Numbered from the stretch's first letter, positions 39,249 through 54,260 are shown. The stretch is DNA of 64,000 nucleotides from Octopus vulgaris (GCA_951406725.2 OX597821.1:97030001-97094000); one strand, 5' to 3'. Program-made: numbers and translations. The notes: generated from the letters alone by a model not told the origin.

Positions 39249-39473
39249 TATGCATATATATATACATATATGTACGTACCTACCTCTACATGTATATATA
39301 CACGCATATATGAGTACAGGACACCCAAAAAACGTCGAACACAATGAGAAACGAAAACATAGACACAAACCCAAGGAACTGGACATTTTTCCTAAACAAC
39401 AAAAAAAAAAGAGTACAGGACAAATAACACAAGGAAAAACCCCTTCTTCAGTCGCCATGGTTTCATCTACTCT

Positions 39474-39872
39474 TGTGTGGTAAGTAGCTTGCTAACCAAC
39501 CACATGGTTCCGGGTTCAGTCTACTGCGAGGCATCTTGGGCGAGTATCTTCTACTATAGCCTTGTGAGTGGATTTGGTAGATGGAAACTGAAAGAAGTCC
39601 ATCGTATATATATATATATATGTACGTGTGTGTGTGTGTTTGTGTGTCCGTGTTTGTCCCCCCCCACCACCACTTGACAACCGATGCTGGTGTGTTTACG
39701 TCCCCGCAACTTAGCGGTTCGGCAAAAGAGACCGATAGAATAAGTACTAGGCTTACTATAGAATAAGTACTAGGCTTACAAAGAATAAGTCCTGGGGACG
39801 ATTTGCTCGACTAAAGGTGGTGCTCCAGCATGGCCGCAGTCAAATGACTGAAACAAATAAAAGAATAAAAGA
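39474..39872 (+). mobile_element. SINE family B
   Basis: Similarity to other B copies; small internal tandem duplication near 39735-39778. Confidence 0.85.
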
Positions 39873-40242
39873 ATACACACGCACACACACGCACACACAC
39901 ACACACATATGTATACAAATATATGAAATACCTTGTCAAAATCTTAGAAACATATATCTCCAGTATCAAAAGCATGCTTCTGAGATTTCGGTGCAGATAT
40001 GTACGACGTGTTGTTCGAATGTAAAATGACAGCATTCTGAAAATTCTTTTGTTCGGTAGGCAGGTGGAGGATACCGGGATAGAGGAAGAAACGTTGTTTG
40101 GTATAAGTATCAGTTGAAATAATTACTAAAGCCTCTACAGTTTCATTTGACATCTTGGGAAAGTCATCGCCTAAATCGATTTGCATGGCATAAATTTGAA
40201 TTGAAGAAACAGAACAATAAAAGAATTATATATATATATATA

Positions 40243-40643
40243 CAGGAGTGGCTGTGTGGTAAGTAGCTTGCTAACCAACCACATGGTTCTGGGTTCAGTA
40301 CCACTGCATAGCATCTGGGGCAAGTGTCTTCTGCTATAGCCCCGGGCCGACCAATGCCTTGTGAGTGGATTTGGTAGACGGAAACTGAAAGAAGCCTGTC
40401 GTATATATGTATATATATATATATGTGTGTGTGTTTGTGTGTCTGTGTTTGTCCCCCTAGCATTGACTGACAACCGATGCTGGTGTGTTTACGTCCCTGT
40501 CACTTAGCGGTTCGGCAAAAAAGACCGATAGAATAAGTACTGGGCTTACAAAGAATAAGTCCTGGGGTCGATTTGCTCGACTAAAGGCGGTGCTCCAGCA
40601 TGGCTGCAGCCAAATGACTGAAACAAGTAAAAGAGTAAAAGAG
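40243..40643 (+). mobile_element. SINE family B
   Basis: Near full-length copy. Confidence 0.88.
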
Positions 40644-40663
40644 TATATATATACATATATATA

Positions 40664-40725
<62 letters not shown>

Positions 40726-40763
40726 TTGTGTGTGTGTATATATGACCATTCCGAAATATAACA

Positions 40764-40829
<66 letters not shown>

Positions 40830-40830
40830 T

Positions 40831-40901
<71 letters not shown>

Positions 40902-41079
40902 TTGCTTTTAGTTCTACCGGATATAAAAACTTGCTTGAAGCTCCTCTGAAGCTATAGGGTGAGACTCAAACACTCATCTATGAGTGCAGTGCATCCTATA
41001 GCAGAAACAGCTGTAAGCTAATGAAGTTCATAACATAATTGTTTATTCCTTTGTCAGCTCAAATCTTTTATATATGATT

Positions 41080-41113
<34 letters not shown>

Positions 41114-41185
41114 CGAGTTGTAATAAATGAAATTTTTTTAACATTAAACGGAAAGATTACTTCATACAGTTTGTAGAATGCGTGT

Positions 41186-41287
<102 letters not shown>

Positions 41288-41442
41288 TTGTCACATTTAC
41301 TAATGACACATTTACTAGAACAGAGTGATGACAGTGATTCTGAAGTTTCGACCAGCAAGCCTAAGATTGTAACTCCTCGCGTTGTGTGTAGCTGTGTTGT
41401 TCCTTTGTAGTCAATTGTGGGCAATAAAGAAATATATTATTA

Positions 41443-41656
41443 AGGCGGTGAGCTGGCAGAATCGCTAGCTCGCTGGACGAAATACTTAGCAATATTTTGC
41501 CCGTTTTTACGTTCTGAGATCAAATTCTGCCGAGGTTCACTTTGCTTTTCATCCTTTCGGGGTCAATAAATTAAGTGCCAGTTATACACTGGTGTCGATG
41601 TAATCGACTGGTCCCCTCCCCCAAAATTTCAGTCCTTGTGTCTATAGTAGAAAGGA

Positions 41657-41729
<73 letters not shown>

Positions 41730-42127
41730 CATTATTATTATTATTATTATTGAAGGCGGTGAGTTGGCAGAATTGTTAGCACACCGGGTAAAATGCTGAG
41801 TAGCATTTCCTTCGTCCTTACGTTCTGAGTTCAAATTCCGACGAGGTCCACTTTGCCTTTCATCCTTTCGGATTCGATAAATTATATATCAGTTAAGTAC
41901 AGGGGTCGATGTAATCGACTACCCCCTCCCCCAAAGCTTCAGGCCTTGTGTTTTAAGTAGAAAGGATTATTATTATTACACGTTCTAAGTTCAAATTCCG
42001 TCAAAGTCGACTTTGCCTTTCATCCTTTCGGAGTCGATAAATTAAGTACCAGTTATGCACTGAGGTCGATGTAATCGACTAGTCCCCTTCCCCATATTTC
42101 AGGCCTTGTACCTATAGTAAAAAGGAT
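41443..42127 (+). mobile_element. Cluster of three SINE C (tail 2) copies separated by (ATT)n
   Basis: Copies at about 41443-41660, 41754-41970, 41980-42127. Confidence 0.8.
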
Positions 42128-42195
42128 TATTATTATTATTATTATTATTATTGTTATTATTATCACTATCATTATTATTATTATTATTATTAACA

Positions 42196-42268
<73 letters not shown>

Positions 42269-42322
42269 CATTATTATTATTATTATTACTATTATTATCA
42301 TTATTATTATTATTATTATTAC

Positions 42323-42358
<36 letters not shown>

Positions 42359-42390
42359 CATCATTATTATTATTATTATCATCATTATTC

Positions 42391-42433
<43 letters not shown>

Positions 42434-42465
42434 CATTATTATTATTATTATTACTATTATTATTA

Positions 42466-42542
<77 letters not shown>
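42126..42542. repeat. (ATT)n microsatellite
   Basis: Direct. Confidence 0.95.
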
Positions 42543-42545
<3 letters not shown>

Positions 42546-42699
42546 AACAGGAGGAGTTACCTCAATCCTTTCTATATGAACCAAAATGAAGTAGACTGAC
42601 AAATTTATTTTTTGAAGCAGTTGAAGACACATAAGATGTCGAAATATCGTTCACTAGATAACAATCGCACTCTTCTTTTAATTTTGACTTTATATCTTC

Positions 42700-44262
42700 A
42701 GGAGGAGTTACCTCAATCCCAGAAATGGGCCGAGGGAAAGGTATCCCCAAAAGGTCGGGAAGAGGTGGCTAAGACGTATATCACGTCCGTCATCTACTAT
42801 CGCTTGACCGTCATGCCTTGTCCCGGCCACCCTATGATTACGCTGGAGCGGGTACTCTTCCGCTTCTTGTGGAAGGGACGCGTCCCGATGGTCAGGCAAT
42901 TTATCTACTGTCAACGCCCGCTGAGTGGTGGCCTAGGCATGCCGTGGTTGATGATGCGCATTTAGCGCGCCGGGCGAAATGCGTAGCCGTATTTCGTCTG
43001 CCGTTACGTTCTGAGTTCAAATTCCGCCGAGGTCGACTTTGCCTTTCATCCTTTCGGGGTCGATAAATTAAGTACCAGTTACGCACTGGAGGTCGATATA
43101 ATCGACTTAATCCGTGTGTCTGTTCTTGTTTGTCCCCTTTGTGTTTAGCCCCTTGTGGGTAATAAAGACATAGGTTGATGATGCGTAGACATGTGCTGAA
43201 GTTACGACATCTCCAGTGCTTCCTTGACGGTGAATAGGTGTGGTCGCCGTTCACCAGACACGTATTTCCGCAGCTAGTTTCTTTAACGGAGCAGCAGTCC
43301 TGGGTAAAACAAAGACCGAGGGGGAGCATTTGGAAAGTAGAAGGTTTTCAAGCCCTTACAACCTTCAGCCAATCAGACACTGCGATAGGTGGAACGTATA
43401 CTTTAGTGTTTTAAAGAGGATTAATGGAGAAAAATGCAACGACGTGCTTGGGCGGTGACTTTTCTCTCTTTGACCAAGAGAACTTTCGGCCCGGGACCAA
43501 TGGATAATTTCTAACAATCTCTGGCCTAGCAGTACTATCGAGGAGCTTTGCCTGTTCGAGATAAGCTTTACAGCCGAGCATGTCCGAGATGCAAGCAGGA
43601 TGAAGAGACGGTCCTGCATGCACTCGTCCAGTGCCCGAGCATTGCTGTGGTTCTATGTCGAACGCTTGCTGTCGCGTGTGAGATGAATCCGGCTGTCAAC
43701 TGAATCTATCGTGAAAATCGCTCCGCTGCCTTCCTATAACCGTGAAGGAAAGGCTATGTTTATATGCCTGGTGGCCATGGCGAAAGAGGTTGTATGTTGG
43801 ACGAGATCGAAGGGGCTGAAGACAAACATTTCTCACTTTGACCAATCCCGGATCAACTTCTTCAATTTTCACTTGAAAAGAAAAATAAGGGTTGTTTTCA
43901 AGCCAGTTTGCTGAAAGGTGGAGGAAAGTGGCGAGAATGGTGCGAGTGAACGGGTCTTCCCTGAGCATACGCCTGTAGTTGGAAAAAAAGGAAAGAAAAG
44001 GCGCGTGCCCGAAAAGTCAAGTTACACAGTTTTTATGTTTTTTTTTCCATGAATAGTCCTTGGACGCCTCCTTATTGAGGATTATACATTGTTTTTGTTT
44101 TTTTATATAATTTTCTTAATCTTGTTTAATCACAACAACGCACACTTACACACACACACATACACACAGACACACACACACACACATTATTTGTTTTGTT
44201 TTGTCTTGTACGCTCCATAATGTTTTTCATAATGTAAACCTTTGTGGTTACTAAAGAAATCA
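42700..44262 (+). mobile_element. Decayed Tx1/L1-clade LINE, 3' portion of ORF2 plus 3' UTR
   Basis: ..SVIYYRLTVMPCP..LFRFLWKG..RPLSGGLGMP.. and MAKEVVCWTRSKG..FFNFHLKRKIR; ends tgtggttactaaagaaatc. Confidence 0.8.
42959..43172 (+). mobile_element. SINE family C (tail 1) nested in the LINE
   Basis: 13-bp TSD ggttgatgatgcg at 42946-42958 and 43173-43185. Confidence 0.92.
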
Positions 44263-44589
44263 TTATTATTATTATTATCATTATTATTACTGTATTACTA
44301 TTACATTTGGTAGTTTCAATCAAATTTCTACTCCACCACTTGCTACTCATCCGTGTTACTGGAGTGTGTGCAGCATTGTGTGTTCTTTTCTGTTGTTGGG
44401 AGTGTGCGACCTTTCGCCAGTAATGTATTGCGCCAGCTTTTCCCTTTGAAGTGTGGTGCAGTCTTTTGTTGTATTACTGTTTGTATTGTGTTGAATGTGT
44501 AATACGTTGGTTATCTAGTTTGCTGGTGGTAGTTTATTTCATCGGATAATTGCTGCATAGTGTGTGTCTTGTGTTTGTAGGTTATTTTG

Positions 44590-46004
44590 TCTAGGTTGTA
44601 TTATTGAATTGATAGTGTCTTGCTTAAGATGTGGGCTGTTCCTAGCAGGGCTACTTTTTGGATAGTGTGTAGTGTTGAGGATCCAGGTATAGCTTCTACG
44701 TCTTTGCTCATATCATTTTTTTATCATGCCAAGTACTCCAGTTATCACTGGTATTGTTTTCACTTTCATGCCCCACATCTTGAATACTTCAATTTCGAGG
44801 TCTTTGTACTTTGACAAATTTCTCCACTCCTTTTTGAACAATAGTTTGGCTAGAAGGGACTGCAATGTCTGTCAGTAAGCAGGTGATTAGCTTTTACTTC
44901 TTTGCCGGTTTGAACAGGCATATCCCAGATGATTGTGGCCTGGTCATTGTCTTGCACTTTGTTTGGCACATTTATAGCATTTATTGTTAATTTTTATGTT
45001 GTAGTGTTGGTGTATTGTCCCGTGGATATAGCTACTTACTCGGAAGTGTCTGTATATATATTCAGATTTGGCTAGGACTGGACTGCCAGAAATGATGTGG
45101 TCAACTGTCTGATTGTGCTGGTTGCACATTCTAAATTTGGTGTTAGGGCCTGTTTTTATTATTTTGCTTTTATAATTGCTTGTAGTCAGACGTTGGTCTT
45201 GTGCAGCAAGAATCAGTCCTTCCGTTTCAGCTTTTAGCCCAGAGTTTTTGAGCCATTGTTGGCTTTTACCTAGGCTCACTTCTCTGTCAAGCCTTGCAGA
45301 GTATTGGCCATGGAGTGATTTTTCTCTCCATTTCTTCTTTAGTATGTTTTGTAATTCTGTTTCCATGCGGGGTTTTTTTCTCTTTCAGAGCAGGGTAGAT
45401 ATATTCTGTGTGCATCTGCTTTAGTGTGGTGACTTCGGTATGCTGGTAATAGTTTTCTGGTTTTTCTAAGTTTCTCAATTCACTGATCTTCCAGTTTATT
45501 ATCTTGAAGCTGTAATTTATGACTGCTATGGCTAGCGTGTTTATCCCTATTATCTTATTTTTAGCATTAAGTCCAGTGTTTAATATTAGTCTAACTCTTC
45601 TATAATACTCACTCCTAATTTTTTGTTTCATTTGCAAGGGCGATTGTGCTCTAATTCCTTGAATTTCTGTCTATGTCGAGTGTAGAGTTTTCAGCGCTGA
45701 TTAATTTGCATCTTCTCATTGTGACTCCGATACATTTGTCCAGCCCCTTGCTCATTCCGATGTCCTTGTTGAAACTATGGACAATTTTTAGGTTTCTTTG
45801 TTCCATGTTGCTTTGTTCCATTGACCCTATTGTCGATTATCATACATGTTCTTTTTTTTAATTCACCACAGCAATGTCCGGTTTCCGATGTCGGATCAGG
45901 TGATCGCACTGGATCATTGCATGCCACAGGATTTTGTAGTTCTCACTTTTGGTGACTCCTTCTGGAGTTTCCTCATACCATTAGGTGGCTCCTTCTGGAG
46001 TTTG

Positions 46005-46005
<1 letters not shown>
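44590..46005 (-). mobile_element. Decayed Dong/R4-clade RLE LINE (post-RT region, CCHC, endonuclease)
   Basis: LNAKNKIIGINTLAI..; WREKSLHGQY..WLKNSGLKAETEGLILAAQDQ..TVDHIISGSPVLAKSEYIYRH; KYKDLEIEV.. Confidence 0.85.
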
Positions 46006-46081
<76 letters not shown>

Positions 46082-46088
46082 CATCATT

Positions 46089-46329
46089 GAGTGAGAAAGC
46101 AGTGCATACCATCAAAGTGACAGTGGGGTAAAATATACGATGCCCAGTATACCCATCACGACTACTCGTCTAATAAGGGTACACTAGGCACATGCATCAC
46201 AACGATATGTGCGCGACATGGTGATCTCATATCAAGATAAACAGCACATGACCTTGCAGTTGGGGCCCAGTTAGAATTTTCTTCAGGTCAAGTAACCCAT
46301 CCCGCTCAAAAGGTCCCTGAATAAGGGTT
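46089..46329. mobile_element. Repeat family D, truncated, between (ATT)n tracts
   Basis: Homology to 46646-47200. Confidence 0.8.
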
Positions 46330-46352
46330 ATTATTATTATTATTATTATTAC

Positions 46353-46410
<58 letters not shown>

Positions 46411-46645
46411 GAGGGCGGCGAGCTGGTAGAATCGTTGGCACACCGGGCGAAATGCTTAGTGGTATTTCGTCTATCACTACGTTCTGAGTTCAAATTCTAC
46501 CGAGGTCCATTTTGCTTTTCATCCTTTCGGAGTTGATAAATTAAGTACCAGTTACGCACTGGGGTCGATGTAATCGACTTAACTCCTCCCCCACCAAATT
46601 TCAGGCCTTGTGCCTGTAGTAGGAAGGATTATTATTATTATTATT

Positions 46646-47200
46646 GAGTGAGAGAGCAGTGCATGCCATCAAAGTGACACTGGGGTAAAATATACGAAGC
46701 CCAATATACCCATCATTACTACCCGTCTGATAAGGGTATACTAGGCACATGCATCACAACCATATGTGCACGACATGGTGATCTCATATCAAGATAAACA
46801 GCACATGACCTTGCAGGTGGGGCCCAGTTAGAATTTTCTTCAGGTTGAGTAGCCCATCCCGCTCAAAAGGTCCCTGAATAAGGCTTGTTTAAGGATGTTG
46901 AACGAAACACCCATGTTTCCAGAGGTGAATTATTCAAACCCCAAAGAATCCTTCTCAACACATGGCTATGATGCTCCCTCACTACTTCTGCTCGTGATCA
47001 GAGATGCACATATCGTCAGCCACTAAGGGACATGCTCAACTGGTTAAGGTCAAACAACTGACAAGCAAATCTGTGGTATTGAGCAGAATATTTGCTGTAA
47101 CCCATCTTTTATACCAAGACAAAACAATGTACATGATAACACTTCCAATCAGTTAAGATCAGAAGCCATGAGAGACACTGCCTGGTACTGCATCAGGGCA
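46646..47200. mobile_element. Repeat family D, longest copy, (ATT)n on both sides
   Basis: Direct homology with two other copies. Confidence 0.85.
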
Positions 47201-47257
<57 letters not shown>

Positions 47258-47499
47258 GGTAAGGTGGCAAGCTAACAAAATCGTTAACACACCGAACAAA
47301 ATACTTATTGGCATTTCTTCCGGTTCTTTACGTTCTGAGTCCAAATTCCGCCAAAATCAACCTTTCCTTTTCATCATTTCAGGGTCGATAAAATAAAGTA
47401 CCAGTGAAGTACAAGATTCGATGCAATCGACTTATCCACACCCCTAAAAGTGCTGGCCTTGTGCTGGCCATAACCGGAAACCATTACTATTAGCCGTGA

Positions 47500-48087
47500 T
47501 TGTTATGTGTTAGTCGTAGTATAGTAGTGTTCTCGTGATGTTGTTAGTAGTGGTGGTGGCGTTTGTAGTAGTGGTGATGGTCTTTTGTAATAATGGTAGT
47601 AGTAATAGTAGTAGTAGTAGTGGTGGTAGTGTTTGTAACAGTAATGATATTGGTTGTAGTGGTGGTGGTGGTGTAGGTGATAGTAGAAGTGTGGTAGTGT
47701 TGGTGCTTAGGAGTGTATGTGGTGGTGGTGGTGGTGGTGGTAGTTAACGTTATTGTTGCTGTTGTTGTTGTGAGCATTATTGATGTTGTTATTATAGTTG
47801 CTGATGCTGTAAACTGTTGTTGTTTCAATTGCTGGGGGTGCTTGCTTGCTTGTTGTTGTTGTTGTTGTTGCTGTTATTGTTGCAGTGGTTGTTGCAATGA
47901 TTGCTGTTGTTGCTCTTGTTATTACTGTTGTTGTTGCAATGATGGATGTTGTTGTTGTTGTTGTTGTTGTTGTTGATCTTGTTGCTGCTGTAGTAGTCAC
48001 TGTGACACCAGCCTCACCAGTTAAAGCAGCTAAGTGATGCTGGAACGTCATCGTCATCGTCAACAACACGAATAATATCATCATCAG

Positions 48088-48125
<38 letters not shown>

Positions 48126-50785
48126 GCGGCAGCAATAGAGGCAGCTACTTAATGCAGTAAGTGGTGTAGCAGCTAGCAGCATTATATACGTCTATATAAT
48201 CGGCTAATGTTCATATAGGTGATGGTGATGGTGATGGTGATGGTGATGGTTGTAATGGTTGTGGTGGTTGTGGTGGTGGTGGTGGTGGTGGTATCGATGA
48301 TAGTGGTAGTTGTGTTGTGTCGGTTGCAACGGTAGTCGTGATGGTGACAGTAATCGAAACAGTGTCGGCGGTGGCAGTTTCGGCGGTAGCAGCTGCGGCG
48401 GTGGTGGTGGTGGTGGCGGCGTCGGTGGTGGTGGCGATGGTGGTGGTAGTGGTAGTGGTGGTGGCGGTAGTGGTAGTGGTGGTGGTGGTGGTGGCACGGT
48501 AGTGATGGTGGTGGTGGTAGTGGTGTTGGTGGTGGTGGTGGTGGCAGCGGTAGTGATGGTGGTAGTGGTGGCGGTGGTTGTGGCGGTGGTGATGGTGGTG
48601 CCTCCGCCAGTGGTGGTGGTAGTGGTGGTGGTGGCGGCGGCGGTAGTGGTGGTGGTGGTGGTGGTGGTGGTGGTGGTGGTGGTGGTGGTGGTGGTGGTGG
48701 TAGTTTGGCGGTGGTGGTGGTGGTGGTAGCTTGGCGGTGGTGACGGTGGTTGAAATAGTGCTGGTCATGGTTGTGATTATTTTGGCTGTAGTGGTGGTGG
48801 TGGTGGTGGTGGTGGTGGTGGTGGTGGTAGTGGTGATAGTGGTGACGGTGGTGGTGGTGGTGGTGGTGTTGGTGTTGGTATTCAGGTGGCAGTGTTGATG
48901 TTGTTTGAGCTGATGTTGTTGATTCTGTGGTTGTTTAACCTCAAATCAGTTCTGATTCGGTAGATCTGTTACGAACGAAAGCATTCCAGCCGTGACCATC
49001 CTGTCTTTTAAGAGTTCTTTAAGGACTACATTATCAAACATAACTTTCCTATTTTGAAAACAGTTGAGTGCGATTTTAGGGAGATTTGGCTGTTATATTT
49101 AGCTGGTTGAGAGATCAAATAGAGGTTCCTTCAGTAGAGGTGGTGGTCACAACAATGGCATTGGACATAATGTTAGGGGTGAGGGTGTCGAGGGTGATGA
49201 TAGTGGGTGGATGGTGAGATGACAGGATGGTAGCGGTTTTGTTGATGGTAATAGAGGATGGTGGTGGTGGTGGTTGTGGTGGAGGTGGAGATGGTGGTGG
49301 TGGTTGTGGTGGAGGTGGTCATGGTGGTGGTGGTGGGGATACTAGCGATGGTGGTTGTAGTATTGATGATGGTAGTAGCGATACAGATATTGTTTGTGTT
49401 GACAATTGTGATGATGATGATGATATTGGTTGGGTGATGCGGGTGGTGGTGGGGTAGGGGTGATACGGATGTTGATTGCTGCTGGTAATGGTTGTTGGTT
49501 GTTGTTGTTGTTGGTGGTGGTGGTGGCGGTGGTGGTGGTGGTAGTGGTGGTGGTGGTGGTAATTGTGTTTGTGATAAATGATAATGGTTATAGTCCATGG
49601 TTTGATGATGATGATGATGATGATGACGATGACGACGACGACCACCACCACCACCATCGGGTGGTGGTGGTGATGGTGACGGTGGTGGTCGTCGTCGTGA
49701 TAGTGATGTTTGTAATGGCGGTGATAATGATAGTGATAGCGACACGTTGGTGGTAGCGGATGATGACGGTGGCGCTCATGTTAAGTGACGGAGAAGATGG
49801 AGATGATGGTGATGATGATGGCGATGGTATTGATGGTAAAATCGGTGGCAAGGTTTAGGGTTAGGGTTAGGGGTGAGTGGATGTATTGATGAAGGATATG
49901 CTGGTGGTGTTGGTGATGGTGGTGACGGGTGGAAATGGAGGTACAACTCGTTGTAATGATGGTAATGGTGGTGGTGGTGGTATTGTTTACCGTAGCTCAT
50001 GTTCTTGTTGCCCTTGTTGTAATGGTATGGCTATTGGTAATGTGTTAGCACTTGGTGAGTTGCCTGTGTTAAAAGACGTGTTGGTACGTGGTGTCCGGTA
50101 ATAGTACTGATATTGAGCTGTTGTCACTGTAGTGATGGTGGTAGTGGTGGTGGCTGTGGTGGTGGCGGCAGTGGTTGTGGTGGCAGTGGTTGAGGTGGTA
50201 GTGGTTGAGGTAGTGGTGGTGGTAGCAGTGGAGTTGGTGGTGGTGGTGGTGGCAGTGGTTGCAGTGGTTGTCGTGGTAGTGGTTGAGGTAGTGGTGGTGG
50301 TAGCAGTGGAGTTGGTGGTCGTGGTTGTGGTGGCGGCGCTGTGACTGAGGTGGTTGTAGTGGTTGAGTTGGTGGTGGTAGTTGCGGCTGTGGCTGGGGTG
50401 GTTGTGGAGGTCGTGGAGTTGGTGGTGATGGTGGTGCTAATGGTTCTTGTAATGTCACGATGGTTGTGGAAGTGGTGCAACCACATCACAGATCAACACC
50501 TTCCACCAGTCATACCATCACAACAACAACACCCCTACAGCTAATCACCATCGCCATCACCACCACCACAATGACAACAATACTGTTACATTGTTTGTGA
50601 TTGTGGTGGTAGTGGAGGTAGTATTAGAAGTGGTAGTGGTGGTGATGATGATGATGTGGTTGTGTTAGATTGAAGTATGGTGGTGCAAGGAGTCATGTGA
50701 TAGTACAGTTTGGCGCTAGTGTCATTATTAGTTTGGGTGGTAGTGGTGGTAGTGGTGGTGCCAGTGCCATTATTAGTTTGGGTGA

Positions 50786-50848
<63 letters not shown>

Positions 50849-51936
50849 GTGATGGTTCTGGTGATAGTATAGCTAGTTGTAGTTGTGGTGATAGTGCGTG
50901 AGTGGTAGTATGACTAATATAGTGTAGTAGTTGTGGATGCTTTGTGGTATATGTGGCGGTATAGTGAGTGGTCAGCTCAGCTGACACAACGGTTTTGTTG
51001 TAGTTGGTAGTTTTAACTCGTATGTTGTCGATATTGTATTGGCTGTAGTATTGTAGTATGGTTAGTTATTGCTGTTATGATGATTTAGTGGTATAATATG
51101 GCCACGTAGTACGTGGTCGATTTGTCGTATTGTTGCAGTAGTGGTAGTAGTATGATAGGTATGGTAATGTAGGGCTGGTTAGAGTTAATATGGCACTGGT
51201 GGTTGAGATATGGCAAATAACATGGCTGTGGTTGTGTTGTAGTGGCACCATAACGGACCATTTTATTGTTGCAGTGGTAGTAGCAGTGGTAGTAGCAGTG
51301 GTACTTGCGATGGTAGTAGGTATGGATGTGCTTTGGTTAATGGTATGATGTCTGATTGTACTGTGGTAGATCAACTTGTTTAGTCTACTTGTTGTACTGA
51401 TGGTGGTACTAGTGGTATGGTCACTGGTGTGGTAGTGGCGGTAGTAGTAGTAATAGTAGTAGTAGTAGTAGTAGTAGTATAGCTGGTGAAGTGGTGTAGT
51501 GGTATAGTTAACTATTTGTACTGATGGTGGTACTAGTGGTATGGTCACAGGTGTGGTGATGGCGGTAGTAGTAGTAATAGTAGTAATAGTAGTAGCATAG
51601 CTGGTGAAGTGGTATAGAGGTATAGTTAACTATAGTAGTAGTAGTAGTAGTGGTGGTGATGATAGTGGTGGTAGTACATTTAGCTATAACAGTAGTAGTT
51701 GTGGTTGTGGTGGTGGTGGTGGTGGTGGTAGTGGTGGTAGTAGTGGCGGTAGTGGAGGTGGTGGTTAATAAATGGTCAGCTGTAGTATTATTATTATTAT
51801 TATTATTATTAGCTCTAGCAGTAGTAATAGTCGTAGAAGTGGTGTTGGTGGTGGTGGTGGTGGTAGTGGTGGTGGAGGTGGTGGTGGTGGTAGTAGTGGC
51901 GGTAGTGGAGGTGGTGATTAATAAATGGTGAGCTGT

Positions 51937-52022
<86 letters not shown>

Positions 52023-53021
52023 CAGCAGCAGCGGCAGTAGTTGTAGTAGTAGTAGTGGTATTGGTGGTGGTAGTCGTGGTGGTGGTGCTCGTGGTGGTGG
52101 TCGTCGTGGTATTGGTGCTGGTGGTGCTGGTGATTGTACGGTCAGTGCTGTAGTGTTTCTGTGGTAATAATGATGTTTTTGATGTAGTATGTGATGTAGT
52201 GGTAATCAGGCGGTGGTTCTGTTGTGATAGTATGATTTACTGGTGTTGTTTGTCATGTGACTGTTGGTAAGAGTGATGGTATGGCTAGCAAAATAGTGTT
52301 GAGGTAGTAGTAGGCTTCACAATGGTATGGTTATTGATTAGCAGAATGGTTGTGTTGTGATATCTGTTTCTCTTGATATTGTTGTAGCAGTGGTAGTGCT
52401 GGTGGTGGCATTGGAGGTGGTGGTGGTGGTGGTGGTGGTGGTGGTGGTGGTGGTGGTATCGAAGAATGAAATCCTATGATATCAGTACTCGTGTTAGACG
52501 GCAGTGGTGGTGGTGGTGGTGGTGGTGACGGTGTTGGTGGTGGTGTTAAGGTGGTGATAGTAAGTGATAATACTGTAGGGATGTTAGTATGGTGACAGTG
52601 GCACTGTTTGTGGTGGTGGTGGTGGTGGTGTTAGTGTTGTTGTTGTTGTTGTTGTCGGTGATGGTGGTGGTGGTGGTGATGGTGGTGGTTGTAAGGTGAT
52701 GATAGTGATAGTGCTGCTGATAGTAGTAGAGGTGGTAGTGTTTGTGGTAGTGCTGGTATTGTTGTTGTTTGTGCTGTTGTTGTGGTTATTGGTGATAGTG
52801 TTTGTGGTAGTGTTGGTGGTGGTGCTGATGATTGTAGAATTTGTGGCTGTTCTGTGGAAATGTAGGTGCTCGTGGCAGTAATGATAGTGGTACTGGTAGT
52901 AGTAGTAAGTGGTAGTTCTGGTTGTAATGGGTGGTGGTGGCTGTATCCCTGATAGTTTTAGTGCTGCCGGTGATAACAGATACTTTAATATTATTGCTAC
53001 AGCTACAACACCCTCACTATA

Positions 53022-53080
<59 letters not shown>

Positions 53081-53141
53081 CACCACCACCACTACTACTA
53101 CAACTACTACCACCACCACCACCACTACTACTACCACCACC

Positions 53142-53200
<59 letters not shown>

Positions 53201-53219
53201 CACCACTACCACCACCACC

Positions 53220-53271
<52 letters not shown>

Positions 53272-53272
53272 G
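47500..53272. repeat. Degenerate trinucleotide low-complexity domain (GGT/GTA/GAT/GTT)
   Basis: Direct; G/T-rich on + until about 52980, then CTA/CCA. Confidence 0.9.
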
Positions 53273-53551
53273 TCTTAGTATTACTATTTACAGCGCTACT
53301 GCAAAGCTATTGAAACTACTATTAACGATGACCAATGCTATTCCGAGTTCTGCATCGACGAACTCTTAGACTCTCTCAGACTGCAAGGTTGGTTCCAGTT
53401 TTGTGTTGGTACTTTTATCTCGAAAAGCTTCATTCGAGACTCATTCCGGCTTCACACATATTCAGTCCCACAGAAAGATACGTGTGTGTGTGTGTGTGTG
53501 TGTGCGTGTGTGTGTGTATAAAACTATGCCTTCATATATATATATATATAT

Positions 53552-53594
<43 letters not shown>

Positions 53595-53617
53595 TATAGA
53601 TAGATAGATAGATAGAT

Positions 53618-54215
53618 ATGTTTCTTTATTAGCCACACAGGGCTGCACACAGATAGAACAAATTACAAGGTAGAGCTTTTCTTTTGAAGGTTTAAGAAAA
53701 AAAAAAAAAAAAAAGGAAGGGGGAGTTTCGATCAAAAGGGATCGTAAAAGGAGAGAAAGAGGACAAAAAAAAGGGGGTTTAAAAAAAAGGGGGGAGGAAA
53801 AAAAATTGATCAATAGGGATCGTTATCACAGAAATGTCAATATGAAGTGTAAAGGGGAGGACAGGTGAGGTTTACCCGTGCAAAGAAAAGCCTACGGAAA
53901 AGACCACGGTAACCTCGGTCAATGATGTCACATTTTATATTTCTTTTTTTTTTTTTTTTTTGCAAATAAGCAACTCTCTGTTTTCGATTTCTGGGTTCAT
54001 AGGACTATGCTCAAGGTGGCTTCGTCATTCATACGTGCCATTCTTGCTACATTCACCCATCTTTTTTTAAAACATTCGCTAGACAAAACTTGCCTCTCTA
54101 CTCTCACTTTCCTTTTCAAGTGGTACTTGAAGAAGTTGATGAGAGATTGACCAGAGAGGAAAGTGTTTGTCTCCAATCCTTTCAGACGCGTCCACCAGAT
54201 ACATTCTTTCGCCAT
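53618..54215 (-). mobile_element. 5'-truncated Tx1/L1-clade LINE end within (GATA)n
   Basis: ORF 53997..54215 MAKECIWWTRLKGLETN..FFKYHLKRKVR is homologous to 43711..43914. Confidence 0.8.

Positions 54216-54260
<45 letters not shown>

Noticed and set aside
40940-41020. Hammerhead with long gctatagg/cctatagc stem and GAAACAGCTGTA
   Set aside because: The CUGANGA box is broken and stem I is only 2 bp.
49855-49872. (TTAGGG)3 as an interstitial telomere
   Set aside because: Only three units within a G/T-rich low-complexity tract.
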